Shown here: piece by piece, positions 62,006 through 64,000 of the stretch
Position numbering within the stretch: the first letter of the stretch is position 1
How the letters are laid out: each line of letters begins with the position of its first letter
Notes under the pieces: model-generated
The model's database searches: none
Seen by the model: the letters and a program-made list of their open reading frames with translations, nothing else
What the model was told of the DNA's origin: nothing
DNA from: Bermanella sp.
Lineage (GTDB): Bacteria; Pseudomonadota; Gammaproteobacteria; Pseudomonadales; Oceanobacteraceae
Direction: 5' to 3'
Assembly: GCA_051277445.1 (NCBI GenBank)
Contig: JBNMQC010000003.1
Coordinates: 14,391-78,390, forward strand
DNA: 64,000 bases
Program-made: the position numbers and the translations under genes

Positions 62006-63295
62006 ATGGCTAGATTGCTTTATTCCTGCGTGCTAAGCGTATTGACCCCTTTCATTGTGCTGCGCATGTTTATCCGCGCACGCAAGGCACCAGCCTATGG
62101 ACAACGCTGGTGGCAGCGCTTTGGTTTCTTTAAAGGACCTAAAAGCATCAACGCTAAGCAAGGCGGCATCTGGTTTCATACGGTCAGTGTAGGTGAATTC
62201 ATCGCGGCGGTGCCTTTGATCGAGCAAACCATGCAAGCTTACCCAGATACCCTCATTACTATTACCACCACCACGCCCACTGGCAGTGAGCAAGTGCAAA
62301 GACGCTTTGCTAAACAGCTGGGCAAGCAGGTATTTCATGTTTACCTACCCTATGACTTACCTTGGTTTTTGCAGGGCTTTTTACGCAAGGTGCGCCCACA
62401 GGTCCTAATTATTCTAGAAACAGAGCTATGGCCGAATTTGATTCATTGCAGTAAAAAAGTTGGCTGCAAGGTATTGGTGGTGAACGCGCGGTTAAGTGAA
62501 AAAAGCGCAAAAGGCTATGCCAAGGTGGCGGGGCTTGCTCGCGACATGCTAAATAAATTAGACGGCTTGGCTGTGCAAAACGAGACCGATGCCAAACGGT
62601 TTATTGGGCTGGGCATGCCCGAAGCGGCTATGCAGGTAACCGGCAGTATCAAGTTTGATTTAACGATTTCCCCTGACCTTTTAAACCAAGGCCAAGCGTT
62701 GAAACACAGTTGGGGAGTAGCGCGTAAAGTGTTGATTGTGGCTAGCACCCACAAGGGCGAAGATGAAATCGCCCTAGATGGTTTTAATACCTTGCTTAAG
62801 CAAGACCCTGAATTACTACTGATTCTGGTGCCACGTCACCCTGAACGCTTTGATGATGTGGCTAACCTCGTTGAGCAGCGAGGCTTGCGTTTGAGTCGTC
62901 GCAGCTTGTTGGATGCATCCAATCAAACACAGGTATTGCTGGTGGATGCCATGGGCGAGCTAATGGCATTTTTAGCGGCCAGTGATGTGTGTTTAATGGG
63001 CGGCAGCTTTGTGGCAAACGGTGGTCATAACCCGCTGGAGCCTGCGGCATTGGGTGTTCCTGTGCTCATGGGTGAAAGCCAATTTAATTTCGCACTGATT
63101 TGTCAGCAGCTTGAGCAAGTAGGGGGGTTGGCCACGGTGAAACCTCACAACTGGGCAGAGCGTGCGGCTGTGTGGTTAGAAGATACCCAATTAAGACAAC
63201 AAAAAGGTCAAGCTGCCAAGGCGGTTGTGGAGGCCAATCGCGGGGCGAAGCAAAAGGTCTTTGAATGGCTGCAGCGATTGTTTAGCGCGTGTTAA
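62006..63295 (+). CDS. waaA: 3-deoxy-D-manno-octulosonic acid transferase
   Basis: IWFHTVSVGE, TTPTG, ETELWPN, VNARLS, GSIKFD, PRHPERF and GGHNPLEPA motifs. Confidence 0.97.
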   Translation: MARLLYSCVLSVLTPFIVLRMFIRARKAPAYGQRWWQRFGFFKGPKSINAKQGGIWFHTVSVGEFIAAVPLIEQTMQAYPDTLITITTTTPTGSEQVQRRFAKQLGKQVFHVYLPYDLPWFLQGFLRKVRPQVLIILETELWPNLIHCSKKVGCKVLVVNARLSEKSAKGYAKVAGLARDMLNKLDGLAVQNETDAKRFIGLGMPEAAMQVTGSIKFDLTISPDLLNQGQALKHSWGVARKVLIVASTHKGEDEIALDGFNTLLKQDPELLLILVPRHPERFDDVANLVEQRGLRLSRRSLLDASNQTQVLLVDAMGELMAFLAASDVCLMGGSFVANGGHNPLEPAALGVPVLMGESQFNFALICQQLEQVGGLATVKPHNWAERAAVWLEDTQLRQQKGQAAKAVVEANRGAKQKVFEWLQRLFSAC

Positions 63296-63321
63296 TCGGA
63301 CTGGATAACCCTACTTAAACG

Positions 63322-63353
63322 AAAAAAGCCCAAACAGCTGTTTGGGCTTTTTT
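63322..63353. terminator. Bidirectional intrinsic terminator
   Basis: A6-GCCCAAACA-GC-TGTTTGGGC-T6 between convergent waaA and cpdA. Confidence 0.9.
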
Positions 63354-63374
63354 AATGCAGGTGTAAGGCCAGGA

Positions 63375-64000
63375 TTAATAACCCTTGGTGGTGTAGTCGA
63401 TCTTAAAGTCGATGTGTTCAACCCGAGATACGCCCGTGTCGATGGTGCCATCATCGTTTAGCTCGATCCAGCGATAGCCAGGGCCTTCTTTATCCACATC
63501 AAAGTCACTGGATTCAGGGGTAAACTGCACACAGGTTGAAGGCGTTGAAATAAAGCGCACGCCGTCCACCATGTTATCGCTGTCTTGGTGAACATGTCCC
63601 CACAGTACAACGCGAACATTGTCATGCTTGGCGACGATATCTAATAAGGCTTGGCTGTTGCGAATTTGTTGAGTGTCGAGCCACTTACAATCCATCGGTT
63701 TTGGATGGTGATGCATGGTAATTAACGTGTGGCGAGTGGTATCGGCTTTTAACGCGGATTCGAGAAGATCTAACTGGCTTTGAGCCAGATTGCCAAACAC
63801 GCTACCGGGTACCTGACTGTCGAGAAGGATTAACTGCCAATTGCCTTTCTTGATGACAGGTAGCATTTCCTTGGATTCACTGACCACCTCTAACATGTTA
63901 GGGCGGTAGTCGTGGTTGCCTGGAATCCAGTATTGCTCTTTGCCGTCTTTATCTAAAAGATCTTTTAAGTGCTGGTAGGACTCTATGCTGCCGTCTTGGC
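63375..64000 (-). CDS. cpdA: 3',5'-cyclic AMP phosphodiesterase, 5' end outside the window
   Basis: Open to the window edge: QDGS..SY, WIPGNHD, LLDSQV.G, MHHHP, GHVHQ and STPSTCVQF motifs. Confidence 0.92.
   Translation of the reverse strand, partial: QDGSIESYQHLKDLLDKDGKEQYWIPGNHDYRPNMLEVVSESKEMLPVIKKGNWQLILLDSQVPGSVFGNLAQSQLDLLESALKADTTRHTLITMHHHPKPMDCKWLDTQQIRNSQALLDIVAKHDNVRVVLWGHVHQDSDNMVDGVRFISTPSTCVQFTPESSDFDVDKEGPGYRWIELNDDGTIDTGVSRVEHIDFKIDYTTKGY

Overview
Mostly core chromosome of a gammaproteobacterium, about 45% GC by eye. Gene order and sequences suggest an Oceanospirillales/Pseudomonadales-like marine organism (inference). Recognisable blocks: a three-lipoprotein operon (COG3014-like, LpoB-like, LPP20-like); a divergent HD-GYP response regulator and sensor kinase; EVE-ygfA-6S RNA-zapA-zapB-like / ygfB-pepP-ubiH-ubiI; HDOD / rlmI-dtd; mrcA / pilMNOPQ-aroK-aroB-damX-gltB-gltD-(Ig-like lipoprotein)-hemE; nhaD-radA, mapZ-like PilZ, ettA, a MorA-like PAS-GGDEF-EAL gene and glyA. 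After glyA is a small accessory spot with REP remnants, a duplicated terminator, an AT-rich orphan lipoprotein and a DinB pseudogene. Then come lemA-M48 protease, a six-gene operon (DUF1445, pxpA, pxpB, pxpC, DUF4392, D-amino acid aminotransferase), lpxL-like, hldE, waaA and a partial cpdA. I saw no rRNA, tRNA, CRISPR array, transposase or integrase. The best candidate for an undescribed system is the six-gene operon, which could convert D-amino acids/D-Glu to L-Glu through 5-oxoproline. Other notable items are an unannotated 44-aa membrane protein behind a CRP-type promoter and an identical RpoS-like -10 element upstream of three signalling genes. All family assignments come from motif recognition by eye; no database searches were run.
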